64,000 nucleotides of DNA from Gemmatimonadaceae bacterium (lineage in GTDB: Bacteria; Gemmatimonadota; Gemmatimonadetes; Gemmatimonadales; Gemmatimonadaceae), in assembly GCA_051859245.1 (NCBI GenBank), contig JBHYGA010000001.1, positions 320,001 to 384,000 of the forward strand. The letters are read 5' to 3'. The notes under the pieces were generated by a model that had not been told where the DNA came from, searched no databases, and worked only from the letters and a program-made list of their open reading frames with translations. Made by a program: the position numbers and the translations under genes. Below are positions 38,349-48,218 of the stretch, in pieces. How positions within the stretch are numbered: position 1 is the stretch's first letter; each line of letters opens with the position of its first letter.

Positions 38349-38789
38349 ATGAGCGTTTTCGAAGGCCTCACCCGCCGGCGCTGGTTGCTCACCATGCTGT
38401 CCGCCAGTCTGAGCGTGGTTCCGCGCGCGCTGCGCGCGCTGCCTTCGCGTGCGCTGGCTGCGCGTGCGCGCACGGACCACCCAACGCCGCGACGTGGCAT
38501 CACGGGCGCCAGGGTGGCCACGCCGGCCATGCTCGACGGCGACGCTGTGCTGATTGAGCTCTTCGACGCCGTCAGGGCGATTCCCGCAGTGGTCGACGGC
38601 ATTCGTTGTCACTGCGGATGCGCTGACCTGCACGGGCACTATTCGCTGCTCACGTGTTACGAAGGCGCGAACGCGATGGCCCGGATCTGCCCGATCTGTC
38701 AGGGCGAGGGCCGTGTTGCCGTGCGTATGGCAAAAGCTGGTCGCTCGCTCGCTGATATCCGGATTGCGATTGACGCGCAATACGGCTGA
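38349..38789 (+). CDS. PCYCGC-motif-like small Cys-rich protein with Tat-like signal
   Basis: RCHCGC...SLLTCY...CPICQ...IR.AID..YG; N-terminus LTRRRWLL. Confidence 0.78.
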   Translation: MSVFEGLTRRRWLLTMLSASLSVVPRALRALPSRALAARARTDHPTPRRGITGARVATPAMLDGDAVLIELFDAVRAIPAVVDGIRCHCGCADLHGHYSLLTCYEGANAMARICPICQGEGRVAVRMAKAGRSLADIRIAIDAQYG

Positions 38790-38823
38790 ACATGTGCTGA
38801 CTCACCGCCAAACGTCGAGACCA

Positions 38824-39732
38824 ATGCTTCGCCATCTGACCGCACGCCTGCTGTCGTTCAGCATCGCATTCGTTGTGCCTCCCTCTGCCGCCTCGGCGCA
38901 GATCAGAGCCAGCGAGTTGCAAAGCATCTCGCAGATCGTGGACGGCACGAAGGTGACCATCGAATACTCGCGACCACGTTTGCGCGGACGTGATGTGGTG
39001 TTTGGGACCCGCGCCGTGAAATGGGGCGAAGTGTGGACACCGGGCGCCAACTGGGCGACGACGCTTGAAACAGATCGCCCGATCATGCTGTCGGGTGTAC
39101 GCGTGCCCAAGGGCAAGTACGGGCTCTGGATGATCGTGCAGCAGGATTCGTCGTGGACCATGTTGCTCGATCCTGTGTGGCGACAGTTTCACATGGATCA
39201 CCCCAAGCCGTCTGATCGTCACATCAAGGTGACGGTGAAAGCGGATTCAACCGCAGCGTGGAGTGAGGAAGCGCTCACGTTTTCCTTTCCGTCGGTAACC
39301 GCGCGAGGGGCCACGATTGCCATGCACTGGCATCGCATGCGCATCAGCATGAACTACACCGTGGAGCCAACACTCAGCGAGATGCTGCCTGAGTCAGAAG
39401 CGGCGCCGTATCTTGGACGGTATGCGTTAACGGGCAATCCTCCCGACACGACAACGGCCGCGCTCATTGTCTCCTACGAGCGTGGCGGCTTGAAGGCGCG
39501 TTTTGAGCCGGAAGACACATACATGCAAACGTTTGCGCTCATGAAAGTAGCGCCTGGCATCTTCACTGCGGGCCTGTACATGGCCGCCGAGGTCTTTGCG
39601 GCGGGCGAAATCTACGAAGTGATGCGTCCTGACTTCATGCTCACGTTCGCGGAGAAAGATGGTGTCATGCAGTTCGAAGTGCGTGGCAGCAAAGATGAAC
39701 TGTATTTTTCAGGTCGTCGAGTCGCCAAATAG
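38824..39732 (+). CDS. DUF2911 domain-containing secreted protein
   Basis: VTIEYSRPRLRGR, VWTPGANWAT, VPKGKYGLW; signal peptide. Confidence 0.85.
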   Translation: MLRHLTARLLSFSIAFVVPPSAASAQIRASELQSISQIVDGTKVTIEYSRPRLRGRDVVFGTRAVKWGEVWTPGANWATTLETDRPIMLSGVRVPKGKYGLWMIVQQDSSWTMLLDPVWRQFHMDHPKPSDRHIKVTVKADSTAAWSEEALTFSFPSVTARGATIAMHWHRMRISMNYTVEPTLSEMLPESEAAPYLGRYALTGNPPDTTTAALIVSYERGGLKARFEPEDTYMQTFALMKVAPGIFTAGLYMAAEVFAAGEIYEVMRPDFMLTFAEKDGVMQFEVRGSKDELYFSGRRVAK

Positions 39733-39777
39733 GCGCTCGCGTTGTCCAACGGATCTACCTCAAGGAACGAACCGCTC

Positions 39778-40401
39778 ATGTTGCGCACTTCGATGCTTGC
39801 CGCGCGTGTGTTGTCGATTATGACATTGGCAGTTTCAGCAACACTCTCACGTGTCCCTGACGCCGTCGCGCAGGCAGCGGCAGTACCGAAGGCCGCATCG
39901 CAGATTGCCGCCGCCACGCTTCCGCTCCCAGAAGCGATGCGCGCCAATGCAACGGTGCTTGGCTATCGTTCGGTCGGTCGTCTTGAAATTTTGCGGCAGG
40001 GCAATAACGGAATGACGTGTCTCGCGCACAATCCGGCCGACGTGGATCGGTTTCACGTGGCCTGTTATCACGAGTCACTCGAGCCGTTCATGGCACGCGG
40101 GCGTATGTTGCGCGCGCAAGGCATGAGCGCGTCGAAGGTGGATACCGTTCGCTTTGCGGAAGTGAACTCGGGCCAACTGAAAATGCCACGGTCAGGTGCG
40201 CTCTATTCACTGACCGGCCCGGCCGGAGATTTTGACGAGGCCAAAGTTGCTGCGCCAAAATCACGTCTGCTGTTCGTTGTCTACATGCCGGGCGCCACGC
40301 AGCAGTCCACAGGCTTGAGTACGATTCCGCTCGCGGGGCAGCCGTGGCTGATGCTGCCGGGCACACCAAAAGCGCACATCATGTTTACGCAGTCCATGTG
40401 A
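39778..40401 (+). CDS. Hypothetical secreted protein
   Basis: Signal peptide; C...ACYH..LEPFMARGR; PWLM.PGTP.AHIM. Confidence 0.75.
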   Translation: MLRTSMLAARVLSIMTLAVSATLSRVPDAVAQAAAVPKAASQIAAATLPLPEAMRANATVLGYRSVGRLEILRQGNNGMTCLAHNPADVDRFHVACYHESLEPFMARGRMLRAQGMSASKVDTVRFAEVNSGQLKMPRSGALYSLTGPAGDFDEAKVAAPKSRLLFVVYMPGATQQSTGLSTIPLAGQPWLMLPGTPKAHIMFTQSM

Positions 40402-40455
40402 TGTGATCACGTCCCGTGTGTTCGAGCGTATCGTGCAACACCAGTCGGTGTTGAC

Positions 40456-41601
40456 GTGACCACACACGTCGCGCGCTGGATTCACTGCGCCGCGCTGGCT
40501 GCGCTGGCGCTCGCTTCGATGAGCACGCAGGTCCAATCGCAGAACGCTCCTGCGGCGCCCGCACGTAACGCGGAGCCGCCGCTGCAGTGGCACAACGTGT
40601 CGGAGTGGGGGGTTGAAGGACGCGCGTGGCCGGCGCTCGAACGCAGGCGATGGTACGACCGCTTCCCGGCGCAGGCGGAAGCTACGGTCACGCCGGCCGT
40701 GTGGTCACTCAGCCGCCACAGTGCCGGCATGCTCGTGCGTTTCAAAACGAATGCTGATGCGATCTGGGCAAACTACACATTGTTGAACGCGCAGCTCGCG
40801 CTGCCAAACATGACGGCGATTGGGGTGAGCGGCCTCGATCTGTACGCGCGCGACGAGAACGGGAAGTGGCGATGGGTCGGCGTGACGCGGCCATCGTCCA
40901 AGGTCGTGCGCCAGCGCATGATCGAGCGATTGGCTCCAGGAACGCGCGAGTACGCCATCTACCTGCCGCTGTACAACGGTATCGACAGCTTGTCGATCGG
41001 GGTACCAGTTGGCGCATCGTTCGAGCGGATGGCGCCGCGCACCGAGCGACCGATTGTGTTTTACGGCACGTCAATCACACACGGCGCGAGCGCGTCGCGA
41101 CCGGGAATGGCCCACGTCGCCATTCTCGGGCGTCGCCTGGATCGGCCTGTTGTGAATCTCGGCTTCTCAGGCAACGGCCGGATGGACGCCGCTGTTGGCG
41201 AGTTGTTGGCCAAGGTCGACGCCGCCGTGTACGTGATCGACTGTCTGCCAAACATGGACGCAGCAGCGGTGACGCTCAAATGCGTTCCTCTGGTCAAACA
41301 GATCCGCGCCGCGCGTCCCAACACGCCGATCGTGCTGGTTGAGGATCGTCGGCAGACCAACGCGTGGATTCTGCCAACGCTCACCCAGTTCCACACCGAT
41401 AATCACGCTGCGCTGCGTGCCTGCATGGCTGCGTTGCAAAAAGACGGCGTCACTGGTCTGTACTACCTCACCGGCAATGAACTGCTCGGCGACGATGACG
41501 AAGCCGCGACCGATGGCTCGCATCCGAGTGATCTCGGCATGGTGCGGCAAGCGGACTGGTTTGAGCCGGTGCTGCGGAGGGTGCTCGCGGGGCGGAACTG
41601 A
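40456..41601 (+). CDS. SGNH/GDSL hydrolase with N-terminal GxDLY domain
   Basis: SGLDLY, FYGTSITHG, NLGFSGNG, DCLPN, DGSHPSDLG. Confidence 0.92.
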   Translation: MTTHVARWIHCAALAALALASMSTQVQSQNAPAAPARNAEPPLQWHNVSEWGVEGRAWPALERRRWYDRFPAQAEATVTPAVWSLSRHSAGMLVRFKTNADAIWANYTLLNAQLALPNMTAIGVSGLDLYARDENGKWRWVGVTRPSSKVVRQRMIERLAPGTREYAIYLPLYNGIDSLSIGVPVGASFERMAPRTERPIVFYGTSITHGASASRPGMAHVAILGRRLDRPVVNLGFSGNGRMDAAVGELLAKVDAAVYVIDCLPNMDAAAVTLKCVPLVKQIRAARPNTPIVLVEDRRQTNAWILPTLTQFHTDNHAALRACMAALQKDGVTGLYYLTGNELLGDDDEAATDGSHPSDLGMVRQADWFEPVLRRVLAGRN

Positions 41602-41639
41602 CGACCTGCGTGCAGGCGAGTTCGCGATCCGTTTCCCCG

Positions 41640-42242
41640 CTACTCGTTACCGTCGCCGTACGATCGCACGAAGTCCACTTCAAGACGAAAGGGCCCGTCC
41701 TGCCCATCGGCCATGTACAGCCCGAGCCCCCGGATACGCGCCACCTCGATCGGCGGCGCGTTTACTGCCTGCCCGAAGACGGTGCTTCGGAGCGCGCTGA
41801 ATGGCACGCGCACAATCGTCCACTCGGCCGACGTGGCAAACGGGGCACGCCTCGATACCATTCGGCCGTATGTCCGTAAGCCGTCGTCGAGCTCCACCTC
41901 AAACTGTCGGCCACTGCCGCGCACTCGCAGTTCGATCCCCAACTGACCGGTCAGGTCCACGGCGCGCCGCGCCCGCACCGAGGTGAAGCCGCCCCCCTGC
42001 GTGACCAGCGTGCCGGTGAAGCGCAGCGTGCCCTCGTCGATCGCGACGAACCCCGCCGAACGGCCGCCCATGACCCCGTCGTTCACCACGTCCCACTCGG
42101 CCTCGTCGGCGCGGTCGAAGGTGAAGAGTGTTACCGGAGCAGACATAGGCACGGTTTCCGAGACGGGACGGTGACGCTCGGCGAATGCGCCAAGCACCAT
42201 CATCAGAGAGGGCAAGAGCAGGAAGTGCATCGCAGCATGCAT
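41640..42242 (-). CDS. CIA30 (NDUFAF1-like) family protein
   Basis: WDVVNDGVMGGRS, GGGFTSVR, DGPFRLEV. Confidence 0.9.
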   Translation of the reverse strand: MHAAMHFLLLPSLMMVLGAFAERHRPVSETVPMSAPVTLFTFDRADEAEWDVVNDGVMGGRSAGFVAIDEGTLRFTGTLVTQGGGFTSVRARRAVDLTGQLGIELRVRGSGRQFEVELDDGLRTYGRMVSRRAPFATSAEWTIVRVPFSALRSTVFGQAVNAPPIEVARIRGLGLYMADGQDGPFRLEVDFVRSYGDGNE

Positions 42243-42373
42243 ACAGCGAGAAAGCGGCGCGAGGCTGGTCAGGTTCCCGTAACCCGCTTGACGCGTGCGT
42301 GGAGTTCCTCAGTTCATGTGCCGCCGCACGTCGTCTCACACGAGCAAGAGCGTGCGTCCGGAGCGCAGTGCCG

Positions 42374-42844
42374 TCAGTCCTCCGCCAGCCGGAGTTTCAT
42401 TCCCACGTGTGTGGCCTCGAAGCCGAGCCGCTCGTAAAAGCGTTTTGCATCGGCGCGCGTATTGTCGGTGGTGAGCTGTACGAGCGCACAGTTCGCGTCT
42501 TTTGCGCGCTCAATAGCGTCGGCGACAAGCGCTTCACCTATGCGGGCGCCGCGATGCGTAGCGGCAACCCGAACGCCCTCAATCTGCGCGCGCGACGCGC
42601 CGAGTCGACTGATGCCAGGAATGACTGTCAACTGGAGACAGCCCACCACTTCACCGTCGACAATGGCAACGAGCAACACGTTGCCCGTTTGCGATTCCAT
42701 TGCGGCGAACGCGGTGTGGTACGCATCCGGCAGCGGATCAGCGTATTGCTCACGCGTTGCACCGAGTGGGTCATCTGCGAGCAGACGGACCACGGCTGGC
42801 AGATCGAGTGCCGTGGCGCGACGAATGTGTGCAGCGTTCAACAT
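42374..42844 (-). CDS. GNAT family N-acetyltransferase
   Basis: IEGVRVAATHRGARIG, VQLTTD..R.DAKRFYERLGF. Start at ATG 42844 or GTG 42868. Confidence 0.9.
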   Translation of the reverse strand: MLNAAHIRRATALDLPAVVRLLADDPLGATREQYADPLPDAYHTAFAAMESQTGNVLLVAIVDGEVVGCLQLTVIPGISRLGASRAQIEGVRVAATHRGARIGEALVADAIERAKDANCALVQLTTDNTRADAKRFYERLGFEATHVGMKLRLAED

Positions 42845-42929
42845 GCGACTGGTTGTGTGGGTGTACACAATACGCCGCTATGACGGCGAGTCTGGAGGTT
42901 CGCCAACGTGTGCCAGGGGCTGAAGCGAT

Positions 42930-43337
42930 TTATCCAGCTGGTGAGGCCTCGCTCGAAGGTTTCGGAGTAAGCGCAACAAAAAGGAGCCACGCAACACCGA
43001 GTCCAAGCAGCGTCGCGACGATGTCGTCCAGGTCAAACACCAGCGTTCGACTCGACTGCTGTATGAACTCCCACGCAATCAGCGCCAGTCCTGCACCAAG
43101 TGTGATGAATACAAACGCGCGGCGCGCATCTGCATATGAAGCGTCCGTTTTTTGGTCTGCCCAGATGCTCAGCAAGACAAATGAAATGGCAATCGCCGCC
43201 GCCACGTTTGGCATCACGCCCATCAGGTACATCACGATCTCCGGACCATCGTACCGCGACGTGCGACCCCAGTGCACGAGGCTCAGCAGGCCGAGCGCGG
43301 CGATTCCGGCAAACGCATAGCGTGTCGCAGGCTTCAT
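42930..43337 (-). CDS. Hypothetical membrane protein (about 4 TM)
   Basis: Hydrophobic ORF with PN, WEFIQ and FDLDD motifs; RBS AAGGA. Confidence 0.72.
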   Translation of the reverse strand: MKPATRYAFAGIAALGLLSLVHWGRTSRYDGPEIVMYLMGVMPNVAAAIAISFVLLSIWADQKTDASYADARRAFVFITLGAGLALIAWEFIQQSSRTLVFDLDDIVATLLGLGVAWLLFVALTPKPSSEASPAG

Positions 43338-43396
43338 TCGACGGTTTCCTTACCGCGGACGGCCAGCGGATTGCGCGCGCATGTTTCGCGACGCGT

Positions 43397-44038
43397 TCAC
43401 GGCGCCCGGTCCCTCAGGGTGGCCAGCATCTCCGCCGACGTTCGCTCATCGCCACGTGTTGACAGTGCGTGCGCCGCACTGGTGAGATCTCGCAGTTCCT
43501 TGTTCTGACCCAACTTCCACTTGCCAACGATTTTGTCGATGCTGATTTCAATGCCAACAATCGCGGTGAGCAGGTGATCGATAAACTCCTTTGACGAATC
43601 ACCCATGCGCCACGGGCGCTGTTCGCCTACGCGGGCTTCGTGCGTCTTGGTCTGACGAGCCACGATCATGCGGACAAATTTTGCATCATCGCGTACGGTG
43701 ATTCGCCCATGCACGTGCACGGCTTGATAGTTCCACGTGGGCACCTGCTGGTGGAACTCATGCTTGCTCGGGTACCAGTTGGGCGAGATGTACGCGTCTG
43801 CCGCGCGAAAAATCACGAGTGCTTCATCGCCGTCCCGCGATTCCTGCCACACGCTGTTGGCGCGTGCCACATGCGCCAGCAGCACCTGTTTGCCGTCCTG
43901 CTCATGTAACTCAAACGGAATGTGGTTGGCGTCGAGCCCGTCGGCACCGTTTACGACCAGCACGCCGAGCGGGAACTCGCGAATGATGCGATGGAGCTCC
44001 TCCTGTCGATGCTCTTCGAAATGTTTGGGGATGTACAT
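43397..44038 (-). CDS. PaiB-like FMN-binding (split-barrel) protein
   Basis: MYIPKHF, HVARAN, AYISPNWY, VPTWNY.AVH, GKWKLGQN. Confidence 0.92.
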   Translation of the reverse strand: MYIPKHFEEHRQEELHRIIREFPLGVLVVNGADGLDANHIPFELHEQDGKQVLLAHVARANSVWQESRDGDEALVIFRAADAYISPNWYPSKHEFHQQVPTWNYQAVHVHGRITVRDDAKFVRMIVARQTKTHEARVGEQRPWRMGDSSKEFIDHLLTAIVGIEISIDKIVGKWKLGQNKELRDLTSAAHALSTRGDERTSAEMLATLRDRAP

Positions 44039-44050
44039 GCGGCACGTGGG

Positions 44051-44563
44051 TCAGCTGTGTTTGGATGCACGATTCTTGCGATCCCATGGTAGGGCTGTCT
44101 TTCCCAGCAATACCTCCTCAACTTGTGAAACACGCGCGGCTCGCGTTTCCGCGCGCTTCGCCGATGCGACCATGTGAGCGAGTCCGCGTTGTTTACCGGC
44201 GCTCAGCGCGTCCCACGCTTTTTTCACCCGTGCTTTTTTCGAGAGCAACGCGGCGAGCTCTTCGGGCACGTCCACATCGTCTTGCGGCAACACGCGAAAC
44301 CACACTTCCACGCTGCTTCCCACTTTGAGTCCTGCCGCTTTTAGCGACGCCTTCGGCAACATCAAGTACCATTTGCCGCGCGCCGGTTGCCATGCTCCTT
44401 TCACCGGCACGCCTGACACGTCTGCCTCAATGCGTAGTCGCGCGTGTTCGTGCAGCGGTAGTTCGCTGTGCAGCGATGGGTCGAGATACACAACCGTGTA
44501 GTGATACGTGCCGACGGCATGGCGAGCGACGCGAGTTTCGAAGTGATGCGTGAAGTACGACAT
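44051..44563 (-). CDS. DUF1905 plus YdeI/OmpD-associated domain protein
   Basis: VDVPEEL...WDALSAGKQR...SAKRAETRAARV. Confidence 0.85.
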   Translation of the reverse strand: MSYFTHHFETRVARHAVGTYHYTVVYLDPSLHSELPLHEHARLRIEADVSGVPVKGAWQPARGKWYLMLPKASLKAAGLKVGSSVEVWFRVLPQDDVDVPEELAALLSKKARVKKAWDALSAGKQRGLAHMVASAKRAETRAARVSQVEEVLLGKTALPWDRKNRASKHS

Positions 44564-44634
44564 GTGACACCCTGAGTCGGAAACAAGGAGCCGTTCGGCG
44601 CCGGGCGCGCAGCCGAACTAAGCTCGCATCTTCT

Positions 44635-45851
44635 TCAGCGCGACCGCAGTGCGTGGAACTGGGAGATCGCCGTGTACACCCCGAGTCCCACACCCTCCGC
44701 CCACTGATGCGGCTCGACCAAATGATGCGTCAAAAATACCATCGCGGAACCATCGGCAGGATCCGCCTGCCACCATCCGCCCCACGCACCTGGCCAGCCG
44801 ACGGTACCTAGATGGCCGGCACACAATGTCGCGGAAGCGTGCTCCGGCTCCATGACCACCGCGACTCCCATGCCATAGCCGTGTCCGGACGCAAAGATGG
44901 GCACACCGAAAATGTTGGCCGATGTTCGCTGGGTCGGCGTGAGCTGATTGCTCGTCATCATCGCAACGGTTGAGATCGCAGCAGTTGCACGCCGTCGACG
45001 CTTCCGCGATTGAGGAACAGACGAGCGAACGTGAGATAGTCGCCCACCGTCGACCACAGTCCGGATCCACCGGATACGTACAACATGTCGTCTGGCCGTT
45101 CGGGCACGGTCGATGAACCCGTGGCAACAGTTCGGCGTGACAACTGTCCTGCGTCATTGAATCCATACAGCGCGGCACGACGGTGCCACTGCTCGCGCGG
45201 CACAATAAAACACGTATCGAGCATGCCCAGCGGCTGGAAGATCAACTCGGCTAGCACATCACCGAGCGGTTTGTTCGCGATGCGCGCGATGATGAACCCC
45301 AGCAGGTCTGTGGCGTGGCCGTACGTAAAGCTTGTCCCCGGTTGTGCAATGAGCGGCAATGACGCGAGCGCCGCGATCCATGCATCGGGTGCAACATGGC
45401 TATCCACTTCGCCGCCCAGCGCGTTCGCGAACGCCGAGCGGAGCGGCTCCGGATGAAACGCGCCGTACGTGATGCCTGCGCGTTGTGTGAGCAGATCGCG
45501 AAACGTGATCGCCCGCTGCGCGCGAACTGTGTCAGTGAACGGACCATCAGGTGAACGCAGCACACGAGCGTCGGCGAACTCCGGCACCCAAGGCGTGATG
45601 GGATCGTCGAGCGCAAAATGTCCCTGCTCGTGCAACATGAGTGCGGCAGCGCACGTGATCGGTTTCGTCATTGACGCGATGCGATAGATCGTATCGTGTT
45701 CGGCCGGTAAGCCTGCCTCAATGTCGCGAAAACCGACGCCAGCGGCGTGCTCAATCACGCCGTTCCTCCAGAGGATGGAGGATGCACCCGCCAGGGCGCC
45801 CGCGTGGACGCTTTGGTTTAGAGCGGCGGTGATGTCATTGGTAATGGGCAC
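44635..45851 (-). pseudogene. Serine hydrolase (beta-lactamase/EstB-like family) interrupted by an apparent 1-bp frameshift
   Basis: The 5' frame has RIASMTK, LLTQRAG, FTYG and GGSGLWST and stops at 44958. The C-terminus (MMTSNQL...GWPGAWGGWWQADP) continues in another frame to 44635. Confidence 0.8.
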
Positions 45852-45887
45852 TGGATCGCGGTTCCGTTAAATAGTGGTTGTATAAAA

Positions 45888-45903
45888 TAATATACGTATA
45901 TTA
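45888..45903. promoter_or_regulatory. Perfect 16-bp palindrome TAATATACGTATATTA, probable TetR operator
   Basis: Located in the AT-rich 64-bp gap between the divergent serine hydrolase and TetR genes. Confidence 0.75.
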
Positions 45904-45915
45904 CGTTATCCACCC

Positions 45916-46545
45916 ATGAATCCCGACAAAGCCGCTCCGTCCGATCGCCGACAGCCCAAAGGCGACAAGCGCGCCCGAACCCGGGCCGCGCTGCTCGCCG
46001 CGGCCCGCGATCTCATTCGGGAGAAGGGATTCGAGCAGACCACGGTGCACGACATCGCGCAGCGTGCGGGCATGACGTCTGGCGCGGTCTATGGGAATTT
46101 CAAGGATCGGAACGACCTGTTCATGGCGCTCGCCGACGCGCACTGGGCGCCTATCGTGCCGGTGGTTGCCGAAGGCTCGACGTTCGCCGAGACGATGCGC
46201 GCGTTCGCTGAGGCGACCATCGCGTCCCTCCCGGAGCGTCGTCTCGCGGCGGGGGGACGGCTCGCGGGAATCGCCTACACGCTCTCAAACGAGGCGCTAC
46301 GTGCGCACGTACACGAGATCACGGCGAAACGATTCGACGCTGGCGCGGAGTGGCTACGCGCGGTTGCCGAGCAGCACGAGCTGTCGATGCCTCCAGAGAC
46401 GTTTGTGCGCGTGCTTCACGCGCTCACTGAAGGGCTGTTGTTTCAGCGATTTCTCACGCCGGAGTTATACCCCGACGAGGTGTTCTACGCGGCGTTTGCC
46501 GTGTTGGCATTGAGCGCGACCCGCGTGCCCCAACCTGCGGTGTGA
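45916..46545 (+). CDS. TetR/AcrR family transcriptional regulator
   Basis: TRAALLAAARDLIREKGFEQTTVHDIAQRAGMTSGAVYGNFKDRNDLF HTH. Confidence 0.93.
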   Translation: MNPDKAAPSDRRQPKGDKRARTRAALLAAARDLIREKGFEQTTVHDIAQRAGMTSGAVYGNFKDRNDLFMALADAHWAPIVPVVAEGSTFAETMRAFAEATIASLPERRLAAGGRLAGIAYTLSNEALRAHVHEITAKRFDAGAEWLRAVAEQHELSMPPETFVRVLHALTEGLLFQRFLTPELYPDEVFYAAFAVLALSATRVPQPAV

Positions 46546-46558
46546 TCCCGCACGTGGC

Positions 46559-47206
46559 TCAGTTGCACGACGGCGGTGGCAGGGTATCCGACCGAAAGCG
46601 TCCGAGGCATGTGCGGATATCCGAGGCCACGCGTCCAAGCCCTTCATTCAACTGTGCCACGAGCGCGCTGTAATCACCGACGGGAAAGCGACCGTCACGA
46701 TAGTCGGTGTTTCCGCGCACGAGCAGCGCGCCGTCGACCGGTCGGATAATGTCCCAGGACGTTACCACGTGTGCCCCTGCGGTGGTGGCGGCGGAGTCCG
46801 CGACGCCTTCAAAACGTATCACGTGCAGTTGTACGAGATAGTCGTGCTGCGCGCGCGCCGCCCACGGCGCAATGTTCACGTGCTTCACCGGCGCAACGTT
46901 CGCGAGATGCGCGGCGACCGTATGGTTGATGCCCTCTCCAAGATCTTCGCCCCATCGATGAAACTCGGACGCTTCGATGGTGTGCGCGCCGCGACGCACC
47001 ACAACGGAAGGTGTGGCGAGATACGGCGCGAGATCGAGGCGACGAATACCCACAGTGAGTCCGGCCGAGCTCGCAGACGCAGCGGCGACAGGCGTGCGCG
47101 CACCGCTCAACACATAGTGCTGAACGGGCGGCGCATTGCGCGAAAGCTTGAAGCAGCCCGCAAGCGCGAGGGCGGCCAAAGGAAACAGCAGACGAGTAGT
47201 TCGCAT
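46559..47206 (-). CDS. PqiC-like ABC-type transport auxiliary lipoprotein
   Basis: Lipobox LAGC, LAPYL, HRWGE; lies downstream of the MlaD gene. Confidence 0.85.
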   Translation of the reverse strand: MRTTRLLFPLAALALAGCFKLSRNAPPVQHYVLSGARTPVAAASASSAGLTVGIRRLDLAPYLATPSVVVRRGAHTIEASEFHRWGEDLGEGINHTVAAHLANVAPVKHVNIAPWAARAQHDYLVQLHVIRFEGVADSAATTAGAHVVTSWDIIRPVDGALLVRGNTDYRDGRFPVGDYSALVAQLNEGLGRVASDIRTCLGRFRSDTLPPPSCN

Positions 47207-47231
47207 GAGACGAGATGGTGGAAGACGCACG

Positions 47232-48218
47232 TCAGTTCCGAGGCGGCTTCTTGCCGCGAAGCAACATGTCCGGATTCTGCTCAAGCGACTGGATCAGCAC
47301 GCGCAGTGCATCTGCCGCTTCCTTCATACTTGTGAGCGCGCCTTGCAGTGCATAGCCAGGGCCGGCGTCCGCCGACAGCAGCCCATGTGTTTCGTCAAGC
47401 GTTTTGCGCAGCGCCTGTAACGTGGCAATCGCTTCCGTCGACGCACCGGTGATCTGTGTTTGCATGGGGTCAATCGCCGCCTCGGCACGCGTCGCGAGTC
47501 GCTGCACTTCAGCCATCGTGGAGTTGAGCTGCTTCGTGACCTCAGGCAGATCACGCAACACCGCCTTGATCTCCGGCGAACTCACCAGTTCCTGAATTGC
47601 ATTCGCGGACTGCACCACCGCGCTGTTGATCTCTTCCGTGTTGAAGTCAACGAGCATGTCGTTCACGCGGTTGAGGATCTTCATGACCTCGGACAGCACA
47701 CTGCCTGCGCCGCCTCCAATCGCCGCCATGAGCGATGGAGTCGTTGGAATCTCAGGGTACGCATCAGAAGCATTGGCAAGCCGCGGCGGTGTCGAGTCGC
47801 TTCGGTAGGCGAGTTCGAGATACAGCAGCCCGGTGACGATGCTCTCCATCTGCAGCTGTGCACGCAGACCGTTCTCAATCTGCTGACGCAGAACGACAGT
47901 ATCCGCAAGGTTCACATAGGTGCCGAGATGCGTGGTCAGGCGAGGCAGATCAATATCAAACTTGATCGGCACCTGAAACGATTTGTCTTGCTGATTGATC
48001 TCAATCATGATCTCGGTGACTGAGCCCACGGGCACACCCTGGAACTTCACCGGTGCGCCATTCTCGAGCCCATTCACTGATTCAGGGAAGTACGCAATGA
48101 ATGAGGTGCGACGCTCGAACCATGCATTGGACGCGAGCATTGCCACCGCCAGCACCGCGAGCGCGAGTGCGCCAACCAGAAAGAATCCGATTTTTGTGGG
48201 ATTGGCACGCATACTCAT
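47232..48218 (-). CDS. MlaD/MCE domain protein
   Basis: FPESVNGLENGAPVKFQGVPVGSV, GLRAQL, LEQNPDMLLRGK. Confidence 0.92.
   Translation of the reverse strand: MSMRANPTKIGFFLVGALALAVLAVAMLASNAWFERRTSFIAYFPESVNGLENGAPVKFQGVPVGSVTEIMIEINQQDKSFQVPIKFDIDLPRLTTHLGTYVNLADTVVLRQQIENGLRAQLQMESIVTGLLYLELAYRSDSTPPRLANASDAYPEIPTTPSLMAAIGGGAGSVLSEVMKILNRVNDMLVDFNTEEINSAVVQSANAIQELVSSPEIKAVLRDLPEVTKQLNSTMAEVQRLATRAEAAIDPMQTQITGASTEAIATLQALRKTLDETHGLLSADAGPGYALQGALTSMKEAADALRVLIQSLEQNPDMLLRGKKPPRN

Noticed and set aside
41640..45851. Run of short, same-strand, unrelated genes resembling an integron cassette array
   Set aside because: No integrase in the window, and no intact RYYYAAC...GTTRRRY attC pair in the spacers. 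Only weak hairpins are present, e.g. GTTCGGC/GCCGAAC near 44593-44618.
44635..45851. Beta-lactam resistance gene
   Set aside because: The SxxK family here looks esterase-like, with no signal peptide, and the gene is frameshifted.
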